From: Macrostomum lignano
Taxonomy: Eukaryota
Direction: 5' to 3'
Length of the DNA stretch: 64,000 nt
NCBI GenBank assembly: GCA_002269645.1
Contig: NIVC01000386.1
Location: 124,001-188,000 of the forward strand
In this document: positions 43,222 through 53,891 of the stretch, piece by piece
How the letters are laid out: each line of letters opens with the position of its first letter
How positions within the stretch are numbered: the first letter of the stretch is position 1
Position numbers and translations under genes: made by a program
The notes under the pieces: generated by a model
The model's input: only the letters and a program-made list of their open reading frames with translations
Databases searched by the model: none
What the model was told of the DNA's origin: nothing

Positions 43222-44530
43222 CTGTGTGCATGAGGTGTGTGTGCATGAGGTGTGTGTGCATGAGCTTTGTGTGCATGAGCTGTGTGCATGAGCTGTGTGT
43301 GCATGAAGTGTGTGTGCATGAGGTGTGTGTGCATGAGCTGTGTGTGCATGAGGTGTGTGTGCATGAGCTGTGTGTGCATGAGCTGTGTGTGCATGAGGTG
43401 TGTGTGCATGAGCTGTGTGTGCATTAGGTGTGTGCATGAGCTTTGTGTGCATGAGGTGTGTGTGCATGAGGTGTGTGTGCATGAGCTTTGTGTGCATGAG
43501 CTGTGTGTGCATGAGCTGTGTGTGCATGAGGTGTGTGTGCATGAGCTGTGTGTGCATTAGGTGTGTGCATGAGGTGTGTGTGCAAAGGTGTGTGTGCATG
43601 AGTTGTGTGTGTGCATGAGCTGTGTGCATGAGGTGTGTGTGCATGAGCTGTGTGTGCATGAGGTGTGTGTGCATGAGGTGTGTGTGCATGAGGTGTGTGT
43701 GCATGAGCTTTGTGTGCATGAGGTGTGTGTGCATGAGGTGTGTGTGCATGAGCTTTGTGTGCATGAGGTGTGTGTGCATGAGGTGTGTGTGCATGAGCTT
43801 TGTGTGCATGAGCTGTGTGTGCATGAGGTGTGTGTGCATGAGCTGTGTGTGCATGAGGTGTGTGTGCATGAGCTGTGTGTGCATTAGGTGTGTGCATGAG
43901 GTGTGTGCAAAGGTGTGTGTGCATGAGTTTTGTGTGTGCATGAGCTGTGTGCATGAGCTGTGTGTGCATGAGCTGTGTGTGCATGAGGTGTGTGCATGAA
44001 GTGTGTGTGCATGAGGTGTGTGTGCATGAGGTGTGTGTGCATGAGCTGTGTGTGCATGAGCTGTGTGTGCATGAGTTGTGTGTGTGCATGAGGTGTGTGT
44101 GCATGAGGTGTGTGTGCATGAGGTGTGTGTGCATGAGGTGTGTGTGCATGAGGTGTGTGTGCATGAGGTGTGTGCATGAGCTGTGTATGCATGAGGTGTG
44201 TGTGCATGAGGTGTGCGCATGAGCTGTGTGTGCATGAGGTGTGTGCATGAGCTGTGTATGCATGAGGTGTGTGTGCATGAGGTGTGTGTGCATGAGGTGT
44301 GTGTGCATGAGGTGTGTGTGCATGAGGTGTGTGCATGAGCTGTGTATGCATGAGGTGTGTGTGCATGAGGTGTGTGTGCATGAGGTGTGTGCATGAGCTG
44401 TGTGTGCATGAGGTGTGTGTGCATGAGCTGTGTGTGCATGAGGTGTGTGCATGAGGTGTGTGTGCATGAGCTGTGTGTGCATGAGCTGTGTGTGCATGAG
44501 GTGTGTGTGCATGAGGTGTGTGTGCATGAG
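43222..44530. repeat. 13-15-bp satellite (CATGAG(G/C)TGTGTGTG)n, copy 1
   Basis: Continuous array; generates spurious His-rich and Cys-rich ORFs. Confidence 0.97.
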
Positions 44531-46943
44531 CGAGTGCCGGCTGTCCGTGTACCTGACCGACAGTGCTACATGCTACAGCCTGCCGGCAGCGGCTCTGACA
44601 GCCGATGGACAATCGACTGCCTTGACGACGCAATCCATGGAACCACCGACGACGGCTACTACTACAACACCGAGTATTACGACTACCACACCGACTACGA
44701 CAACTAACACACCGAGTACGACGACTACCACACCGACTACTACAACGACACCGACTACTACGACTACCACACCTACAACTACGACGACTACACCGACTAC
44801 AACGACTACCACACCGACTACAACGACTACCACACCGACTACAACGACTACCACACCGACTACTACAACGACTACCACACCGACTACTACGACGACGACT
44901 ACACCGACTACAACGACTACCACACCTACAACTACGACGACTACACCGACTACAACGACTACCACACCGACTACAACGACTACCACACCGACTACTACTA
45001 CGACGACTACACCGACTACGAAGACGACTACACCGACTACGACGACTACCACACCGACTACTACAACGACACCGTCTACAACGACTACCACACCTACAAC
45101 TACGACGACTACACCGACTACAACGACTACCACACCGACTACTACAACAACACCGACTACTACGACTACCACACCTACAACTACGACGACTACACCGACT
45201 ACAACGACTACCACACCGACTACAACGACTACTACACCGACTACTACGACGACGACTACACCGACTACAACGACTACCACACCGACTACTACGACTACCA
45301 CACCTACAACTACGACGACTACACCGACTACAACGACTACAACACCTACAACTACGACTACCACACCGACTACAACGACTACAACGACTACCACACCTAC
45401 AACTACGACTACCACACCTACAACTACGACGACTACACCGACTACAACGACTACAACACCTACAACTACGACTACCACACCGACTACAACGACTACCACA
45501 CCGACTACTACGACTACCACACCGACTACTACGACGACGACTACACCGACTACAACGACTACTACACCGACTACACCGACTACAACGACTACCACACCTA
45601 CAACTACGACTACCACACCTACAACTACGACTACCACACCGACTACAACGACTACAACACCTACAACTACGACTACCACACCGACTACAACGACTACCAC
45701 ACCGACTACAACGACTAAAACACTTACAACTACGACTACCACACCGACTACAACGACTACCACACCGACTACAACGACTACCACACCGACTACTACTACC
45801 ACACCGACTACTACGACGACGACTACACCGACTACAACGACTACCACACCGACTACTCCAACGACACCGACTACTACGACTACTACACCGACTACTACGA
45901 CTACTACACCGACTACTACGACTACTACACCTACAACTACGACGACTACACCGACTACTACTACGACTACACCGACTACTACGACTACTACACCGACTAC
46001 TACTACGACGACTACACCGACTACAACGACTACCACACCGACTACTACAACAACACCGACTACTACAACAACACCGACTACTACGACTACCACACCTACA
46101 CCTACGACGACTACGCCGACTACAACGACTACCACACCGACTACAACGACTACCACACCGACTACAACGATTACCACACCGACTACTACTACCACACCAA
46201 CTACTACGACGACTACCACACCGACTACTACAACAACACCGACTACTACGACTACCACACCTACAACTACGACGACTACGCCGACTACAACGACTACCAC
46301 ACCGACTACAACGACTACCACACCGACTACAACGACTACCACACCGACTACTATGACTACCACACCGACTACTACGACGACGACTGCACCGACTACTACG
46401 ACTATCACACCTACAACTACGACTACCACACCGACTACAACGACTACCACACCGACTACAACGACTACCACACCGACTACAACGACTACCACACCGACTA
46501 CTACTACCACACCAACTACTACGACGACTACCACACCGACTACAACGACTACCACACCGACTACAACGACTACCACACCGACTACTACGACTACCACACC
46601 GACTACTACAACGACTAACACACCGACTACAACGACTACCACACCGACTACAACGACTACCACACCGACTACAACGACTACCACACCGACTACTACGACT
46701 ACCACACCGACTACAACGACTACCACACCGACTACAACGACTACCACACCGACTACTATGACTACCACACCGACTACTACGACGACGACTGCACCGACTA
46801 CGACGATTACCACACCGACTACCACTGATAAGACTACACTGTTTATGACAGCGCCTTCGTCTCCTATGATGACGTCATTTGTAACTCATTTGCCTAACAA
46901 CTGCGGCTCGGGAATGGTTGTCCGCTGGAAGCTGGGCCCCTAG
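44531..46943 (+). pseudogene. 5'-truncated duplicate of the PAN-mucin gene
   Basis: Matches 40545-42957 at an offset of 3986 bp. It starts mid-PAN (ECRLSVY) directly after the satellite and lacks the ATG and signal peptide. Confidence 0.75.
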
Positions 46944-47207
46944 TGAGCAAGGCAATTTTCTGCAGCCAGGACTCGATGACGAATCAAGCGGCTGAATGGC
47001 TTGATGGGAAACTGCAAAAGTGATTCATTTTGTTTTAATCTTGATACAATACGCTCGTAATATATTTATTCTGATGAAAAACTTCTCACAAGTAGTATAT
47101 CCCTAATTTTCTAATGCTCTTACAGAAGATGATAAAAATATACACTTTTAATTGTCGGCTTTACGGTTTTTCCCGACTCGTTAACTGCACGCGAATGAAA
47201 TCATAAG

Positions 47208-48525
47208 CTGTGTGCATGAGGTGTGTGTGCATGAGGTGTGTGTGCATGAGCTTTGTGTGCATGAGCTGTGTGCATGAGCTGTGTGTGCATGAAGTGTGTG
47301 TGCATGAGGTGTGTGTGCATGAGCTGTGTGTGCATGAGGTGTGTGTGCATGAGCTGTGTGTGCATGAGCTGTGTGTGCATGAGGTGTGTGTGCATGAGCT
47401 GTGTGTGCATTAGGTGTGTGCATGAGCTTTGTGTGCATGAGGTGTGTGTGCATGAGGTGTGTGTGCATGAGCTTTGTGTGCATGAGCTGTGTGTGCATGA
47501 GCTGTGTGTGCATGAGGTGTGTGTGCATGAGGTGTGTGTGCATGAGCTTTGTGTGCATGAGGTGTGTGTGCAAAGGTGTGTGTGCATGAGTTGTGTGTGT
47601 GCATGAGCTGTGTGCATGAGGTGTGTGTGCATGAGCTGTGTGTGCATGAGGTGTGTGTGCATGAGGTGTGTGTGCATGAGGTGTGTGTGCATGAGCTTTG
47701 TGTGCATGAGGTGTGTGTGCATGAGGTGTGTGTGCATGAGCTTTGTGTGCATGAGGTGTGTGTGCATGAGGTGTGTGTGCATGAGCTTTGTGTGCATGAG
47801 CTGTGTGTGCATGAGGTGTGTGTGCATGAGCTGTGTGTGCATGAGGTGTGTGTGCATGAGCTGTGTGTGCATTAGGTGTGTGCATGAGGTGTGTGCAAAG
47901 GTGTGTGTGCATGAGTTTTGTGTGTGCATGAGCTGTGTGCATGAGCTGTGTGTGCATGAGCTGTGTGTGCATGAGGTGTGTGCATGAAGTGTGTGTGCAT
48001 GAGGTGTGTGTGCATGAGGTGTGTGTGCATGAGCTGTGTGTGCATGAGCTGTGTGTGCATGAGTTGTGTGTGTGCATGAGGTGTGTGTGCATGAGGTGTG
48101 TGTGCATGAGGTGTGTGTGCATGAGGTGTGTGTGCATGAGGTGTGTGTGCATGAGGTGTGTGCATGAGCTGTGTATGCATGAGGTGTGTGTGCATGAGGT
48201 GTGTGCATGAGCTGTGTGTGCATGAGGTGTGTGCATGAGCTGTGTATGCATGAGGTGTGTGTGCATGAGGTGTGTGTGCATGAGGTGTGTGTGCATGAGG
48301 TGTGTGTGCATGAGGTGTGTGCATGAGCTGTGTATGCATGAGGTGTGTGTGCATGAGGTGTGTGTGCATGAGGTGTGTGCATGAGCTGTGTGTGCATGAG
48401 GTGTGTGTGCATGAGCTGTGTGTGCATGAGGTGTGTGCATGAGGTGTGTGTGCATGAGCTGTGTGTGCATGAGCTGTGTGTGCATGAGGTGTGTGTGCAT
48501 GAGGTGTGTGTGCATGAGCTGTGTG
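47208..48525. repeat. 13-15-bp satellite, copy 2
   Basis: Duplicate of 43222-44530 with small internal rearrangements. Confidence 0.97.
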
Positions 48526-48662
48526 AGTCCACACAATGAAACAATAAAAGTCCCTGCGCTCTCTCACTAGGCCTGGCTGAACTAAATTCCATGATAGTTT
48601 ATTTGTCTTGTCAGTCCTGAATTTACAAATGTCGTTGAGCAGAAAACAGAGGAAATGGTGGT

Positions 48663-48890
48663 TCATCGTTGAAGCCCTTGCAGCCGCTGGAGTGCCCGTT
48701 TGACTTGCAGCAGGTTGGCCTCAGCCTTGGCCAGGTCGCTGTGAATTTGCTGCATCGCAGCCCGGGCGGCTGAGGCGTCGGTGCGCGGGTCAGTGGGAGC
48801 TGGCGGTAGCAGCCGCAGGACGGTCCAGATGCCGGCGATGTAAAAGTACAGGACAGCCAGCAGAAGAGCAGCCCGTTGGCGCCGATTCAT
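48663..48890 (-). CDS. Possible short type II membrane protein or exon (TM + coiled-coil-like stem)
   Basis: MNRRQRAALLLAVLYFYIAGIWTVLRLL followed by helical AMQQIHSDLAKAEANLLQVKRALQRLQ; GC-rich. No downstream exon was found. Confidence 0.35.
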   Translation of the reverse strand: MNRRQRAALLLAVLYFYIAGIWTVLRLLPPAPTDPRTDASAARAAMQQIHSDLAKAEANLLQVKRALQRLQGLQR

Positions 48891-48904
48891 CCGCAAGCGG
48901 GAGA

Positions 48905-49748
48905 GACAGAGCGGCTGAAGCGGGGGAAACAGAGTGGCTGAAGCGGGAGAAACAGAGCGGCTGAAGTGGGGGACAACAGGGTGGCTGAAGCGGGGGAAAC
49001 AGAGTGGCTGAAGCGGGGGACAACAGGGTGGCTGAAGCGGGGGAAACAGAGTGGCTGAAGCGGGGGAAACAGGGTGGCTGAAGCGGAGGAAACAGAGTGG
49101 CTGAAGCGGGGGACAACAGGGTGGCTGAAGCGGGGGAAACAAAGTGGCTGAAGCGGGGGAAACAGAGTGGCTGAAGCGGGGGACAACAGGGTGGCTGAAG
49201 CGGGGGAAACAAAGTGGCTGAAGCGGGGGAAACAGAGTGGCTGAAGCGGGAGAAACAGAGTGGCTGAAGCGGGGGACAACAGGGTGGCTGAAGCGGGGGA
49301 CAACATGGTGGCTGAAGCGGGGGACAACAGGGTGGCTGAAGCGGAGGACAACAGGGTGGCTGAAGCGGAGGAAACAGAGTGGCTGAAGCGGGAGAAACAG
49401 AGTGGCTGAAGCGGGGGACAACAGGGTGGCTGAAGCGGGGGACAACAGGGTGGCTGAAGCGGAGGACAACAGGGTGGCTGAAGCGGAGGAAACAGAGTGG
49501 CTGAAGCGGGGGAAACAGAGCGCCTGAAGCGGGGAAACAGAGTGGCTGAAGCGGGGGAAACAGAGTGGCTGAAGCGGGGGAAACAGAGTGGCTGAAGCGG
49601 GGGAAACAGAGTGGCTGAAGCGGGGGAAACAGAGCGCCTGAAGCGGGGGAAACAGAGTGGCTGAAGCGGGGGAAACAGAGTGGCTGAAGCGGGGGAAACA
49701 GAGCGGCTGAAGCGGGGGAAACAGAGCGGCTGAAGCGGGGGAAACAGA
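48905..49748. repeat. ~24-bp minisatellite (GGCTGAAGCGGGGGAAACAGAGT), ~35 copies
   Basis: Visible tandem array with GACAACAGGGT variants. Confidence 0.96.
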
Positions 49749-50349
49749 GCCACATGGCACAAAGAAAGCGAGTAAAATCAGTAAAACCTAATAAGCTTCC
49801 AATTTACCTGCTGATACTCAAGGACTTCACCGTCCCGATGAAAACTGGGCGATCCAATTCAAATTTTCAAAGCTGAGGGTGTTAAAAGAATTCTGTAATC
49901 TGCCGTGACTGTAAATGCGATTGGGGCTCCTCCGGCTGGCCGCATGCAGGCAGTGTCGCGTCAGCTCAACCGACTCTGCTGAGCGCCACGGCTTGCACAC
50001 AGCACAGCTGTTTGTCTCTGATCCCCGGGCACAAAAACTTTTCTTTCTCTCATTCTGCCTTCTACTTTTTCGGCTGAAAATTGGGACATTGTTGGAATTC
50101 TTGGAAGTTGTGTGCGAAGCTCCCCTGGCGGTAATCTGTCTCGGCAGGCACCGAGTGGCCAGGAAGACCGAGACTGCTCCGCTCTGCTTGCCGAGACAAC
50201 AGTTGGGCGACCTCCGCCCCGGCTGCAGACGGGGGATCTCGGGGATTAGTGAAGATCTTGAGTACCTCTGTAGGACAACTCAGGCCAGCTCTGAGGTCAG
50301 CTGGGATTGGGACTCTTAGACTTTCAAGCTCTGGAGCTGCTATCGAAAA

Positions 50350-50560
50350 GGCTATGCCCTACTGAAGCTGCTGTCACACAGGCTATGCCCTACTGAAACT
50401 GCTGTCACACTGGCTATGCCCTACTGAAACTGCTGTCACACAGGCTATGCCCTACTGAAGCTTCTGTCACACTGGCTATGCCCTACTGAAGCCACACTGG
50501 CTATGCCCTACTGAAGCTTCTGTCACACTGGCTATGCCCTACTGAAGCCACACTGGCTAT
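50350..50560. repeat. ~31-bp tandem repeat (GGCTATGCCCTACTGAAGCTGCTGTCACAC)
   Basis: About 7 copies, some internally shortened. Confidence 0.9.
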
Positions 50561-50909
50561 TCTCGCTAGTAACCAGTGCAAGCAGTCACTAAGCACAAAG
50601 CTGCTCAACATTTGAATGAGTGCTGCCGAGTCTGATGCACAATAAAACTTGAGAACTGAAAAAGCTGAGACTGGATGAGCGGTGCTGTACTCTGCTCTGT
50701 CTGCTCAGCCAGTTTGAGTCTCTATAAATGTGCCCAAGCAGAGTTTTTTCTTCTCCCTCAGCCCTTTCCTTGTTTTGCGCAGACAGAGCGACAGAAGAGA
50801 GAGTCTGCGTCAAATTCTGAGTTCGAGTTTGGGGCTCGCCATTTGACTAAGGTAAAAACTGCTCATTCTGATATTTTGGTTTGATGATTTTTAGTACCGC
50901 ATTCACCTC

Positions 50910-51245
50910 TCACCTTTGCCACCAGTGTGAGACTCTCACCTTTGCCACCAGTGTGAGACTCTCGCCTCTCACCTTTGCCACCAGTGTGAGACTCTCACCT
51001 CTCACCTTTGCCACCAGTGTGAGACTCTCGCCTCTCACCTTTGCCACCAATGTGAGACTCTCACCTTTGCCACCAGTGTGAGACTCTCACCTCTCACCTT
51101 AGCCACCAGTGTGAGACTCTCACCTCTCACCATTGCCACCAATGTGAGACTCTCGCCTCTCACATTTGCCACCAGTGTGAGACTCTCACCTTTGCCACCA
51201 GTGTGAGACTCTCGCCTCTCACCTTTGCCACCAGTGTGAGACTCA
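50910..51245. repeat. 33/24-bp tandem repeat (GCCACCAGTGTGAGACTCTCGCCTCTCACCTTT)
   Basis: About 11 visible copies. Confidence 0.92.
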
Positions 51246-51301
51246 CCACACCTCCCGAGATCCCAAATCTCAAATCCCCCACGGTCACTCCAGCCACTCA
51301 G

Positions 51302-52066
51302 ATGTCTGCCGCCGTCGCCCACCAGTCGCCGCTGCCGCCGCGGCTGCGCATCGGCCGCAAGAAGCCGCACTGGCTGCTGGCCGACTCGCCGTCCGCCGCC
51401 GAAGTCGACGACCCGCTGGCGGCGCTGCGACGCTGGCTGGCCGGGCTAAGCGACAGCCAGGTGTCCCTGCTGGCCGTGTCCGACTTCGACTCCGAGTTCC
51501 GTCGCGACCTGGAGCTCCGCCGCCGAACCTCCGGCCGGCCGGCAACCTCGGTGGCCGTCAGAACCCGCCGCCCGCGGTCCGTCCGATTCGTCAGCCAGCT
51601 GGAGAGCGCGGCAAGCGGCTCGGAAAGCGACGAGGACGAGACGGAGCTCGACGCGGTGAGTTCGGTGTCCGACACCGAGGCGGCACCGCGGATGCCGCGG
51701 TCGTCGCTGTTCAAGGTTTCCGACTGTCTACCAGTCGACGAGGCGTCGAAGACGCGCGCTCTGAGCACCCTGAGGGCCGTCACCGGCGCCGGCGATCCGA
51801 AGATGTCGGTGGTGTCGCGTCGGTTCTGCGACTCCGCCTGGCCGCGAACGCCGGCCGACTTCGCGAGGCCGCGCAGCGTCGCCTACGGGCAGAACCTCCG
51901 CGTGCACCCCGACCTGGCCGGCGCCATCCGGACGAGCATCCTGGAGGCCCGGCCGGCTTTCGAGTGCGTCAGCGCGGCTGGCCTCGCCGAGCTGGACAGG
52001 CGGCTGCCGAGCCTCGCCAAGACGCGGCACGACCGAGTGGTGGACTGGCTGGAAGAAGCCGGCTGA
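51302..52066 (+). CDS. Unknown GC-rich ORF (254 aa) with an RVxF-like motif
   Basis: ATG follows CACTCAG|. Strong GC3 codon bias like the other exons. RPRSVRF is followed by an acidic Ser-rich stretch. Confidence 0.55.
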   Translation: MSAAVAHQSPLPPRLRIGRKKPHWLLADSPSAAEVDDPLAALRRWLAGLSDSQVSLLAVSDFDSEFRRDLELRRRTSGRPATSVAVRTRRPRSVRFVSQLESAASGSESDEDETELDAVSSVSDTEAAPRMPRSSLFKVSDCLPVDEASKTRALSTLRAVTGAGDPKMSVVSRRFCDSAWPRTPADFARPRSVAYGQNLRVHPDLAGAIRTSILEARPAFECVSAAGLAELDRRLPSLAKTRHDRVVDWLEEAG

Positions 52067-52135
52067 GGGCGCAGCTGCCCGCTCTGACTTTTTGAACAGA
52101 ACACGATCGCATTGGAAGCTAGTCCGACAGGGTGC

Positions 52136-52458
52136 GGGTTCGAATCCCACCGCCCGCCGGCAGTTTGCATTGGGGGCAGAGTAGCTCAAACCCGGGTTCG
52201 AATCCCACCACCCGCCGGCAGTTTGCATTGGGGGCAGAGTAGCTCAAACCCGGGTTCGAATCCCACCGCCCGCCGGCAGTTTGCATTGGGGGCAGAGTAG
52301 CTCAAACCCGGGTTCGAATCCCACCGCCCACCGGCAGTTTGCATTGGGGGCAGAGTAGCTCAAACCCGGGTTCGAATCCTACCGCCCGCCGGCAGTTTGC
52401 ATTGGGGGCAGAGTAGCTCAAACCCGGGTTCGAATCCCACCACCCGCCGGCAGTTTGC
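52136..52458 (+). repeat. 58-bp tandem array of tRNA-like fragments (~5.5 copies)
   Basis: Unit GGGTTCGAATCCCACCGCCCGCCGGCAGTTTGCATTGGGGGCAGAGTAGCTCAAACCC contains a B box (GGTTCGAATCC) and an A-box-like TAGCTCAA. Confidence 0.9.
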
Positions 52459-52949
52459 ATAACGTCCTACTAAGTAGTTGGGTAGTTGGTTGGGCTTGAG
52501 TAGTAAGTAGCTACTATGTAGAAATTTCTGTAATTTTGCGTACTCTTTACCTGTAATTGTAAATACGAGCAGACTGACTCGCAAAGCGAACTTAAAAGAA
52601 ACGAATAATGAGCAGGCATTCTGAAGCGAATGTCATTAATCGTCTTTATTCGCCTTTATTCTCTGACTGCTTTCACTGTGTTACAGAAGCGAATATTCTC
52701 TAGCTAGGCTTGGTTCTGAAACCAGATATGCAGTATCAGTATTTGGTGCATCAATAGCAGCAAAATGTAAGGATAAAATCTGTTTGAGTCATAGAAAGGC
52801 TTAGGGAAGCGCTGTTCGAGTACATTCAGAATGGCGGTCGAGCTTTTTGTTTCTGTAGCAAAAATAAACAAATTTTCTACTGATAAATTTCAAACTGCAT
52901 TTTCGAAGAACTGGTTCGGGTTTTCTTGGGACTGACCAAAAACATTCCA

Positions 52950-53675
52950 CCTATGATTGATGACCAACAAGCATTCCACCTATGACTGATGACCAACAAG
53001 CATTCCATCTATGACCGATGAACTGATGACCAACAAGCATTCCACCTATGACCGATGAACTGATGACCAACAAGCATTCCACCTATGACCGATGAACTGA
53101 TGACCAACAAGCATTCCACCTAATGACTGATGACCAACAAGCATTCCACCTATGACTGATGACCAACAAGCATTCCATCTATGACTGATGACCAACAAGC
53201 ATTCCACCTATGACTGATGACCAACAAGCATTCCACCTAATGACTGATGACCAACAAGCATTCCATCTATGACCGATGAACTGATGACCAACAAGCATTC
53301 CACCTATGACCGATGAACTGATGACCAACAAGCATTCCATCTATGACTGATGACCAACAAACATATTACACATGCCTGATGACCAACAAGCATTCCACAT
53401 ATGACTGATGACCAACAAGCATTCCACATATGACTGATGACCAACAAGCATTCCACCTAATGACTGATGACCAACAAGCATTCCACCTATGACTGATGAC
53501 CAACAAGCATTCCACTATGACTGATGACCAACAAGCATTCCACCTATGACTGATGACCAACAAGCATTCCACTATGACTGATGACCAACAAGCATTCCAC
53601 CTACGACTGATGACCAACAAGCATTCCACCTATGACCGATGAACTGATGACCAATAAGCATTCCAGCTATGACCA
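52950..53675. repeat. 29/37-bp minisatellite (TGATGACCAACAAGCATTCCACCTATGAC)
   Basis: About 22 copies, some carrying an extra CGATGAAC. Confidence 0.95.
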
Positions 53676-53891
53676 ACAAGCACCCTACGCTCGATGACCA
53701 ATAACATTGTCACCAGGGGTTCGCAGATGCATGCATTGCTCCTATAAGGGTGCCAGGCAGGTTAGATGTGTACAGGAAAGGTCGAAGTGTGGCAAGACGT
53801 CTCTCCCAATAATCCCATGAAGTTAGGACCTTGCCTGGTTGCCCAGGCTGTGCTTAAGAGTACACAGCATACAGTACAATACAGCTCGTCT

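Noticed and set aside
40587-46825. 750-aa poly-Val/Gly ORFs on the minus strand
   Set aside because: Antisense shadow of the Thr/Pro mucin codons.
43195-48666. His-rich (MHTHL) and Cys-rich (CVCMRC) ORFs as metal-binding proteins
   Set aside because: They arise in all frames from the 13-15-bp satellite, with frequent 2-bp unit changes that ignore frame.
49915-50319. ORF ending SEVSWDWDS, loosely like an ETAA1-type Trp motif
   Set aside because: A single short motif with no supporting structure or splice evidence.
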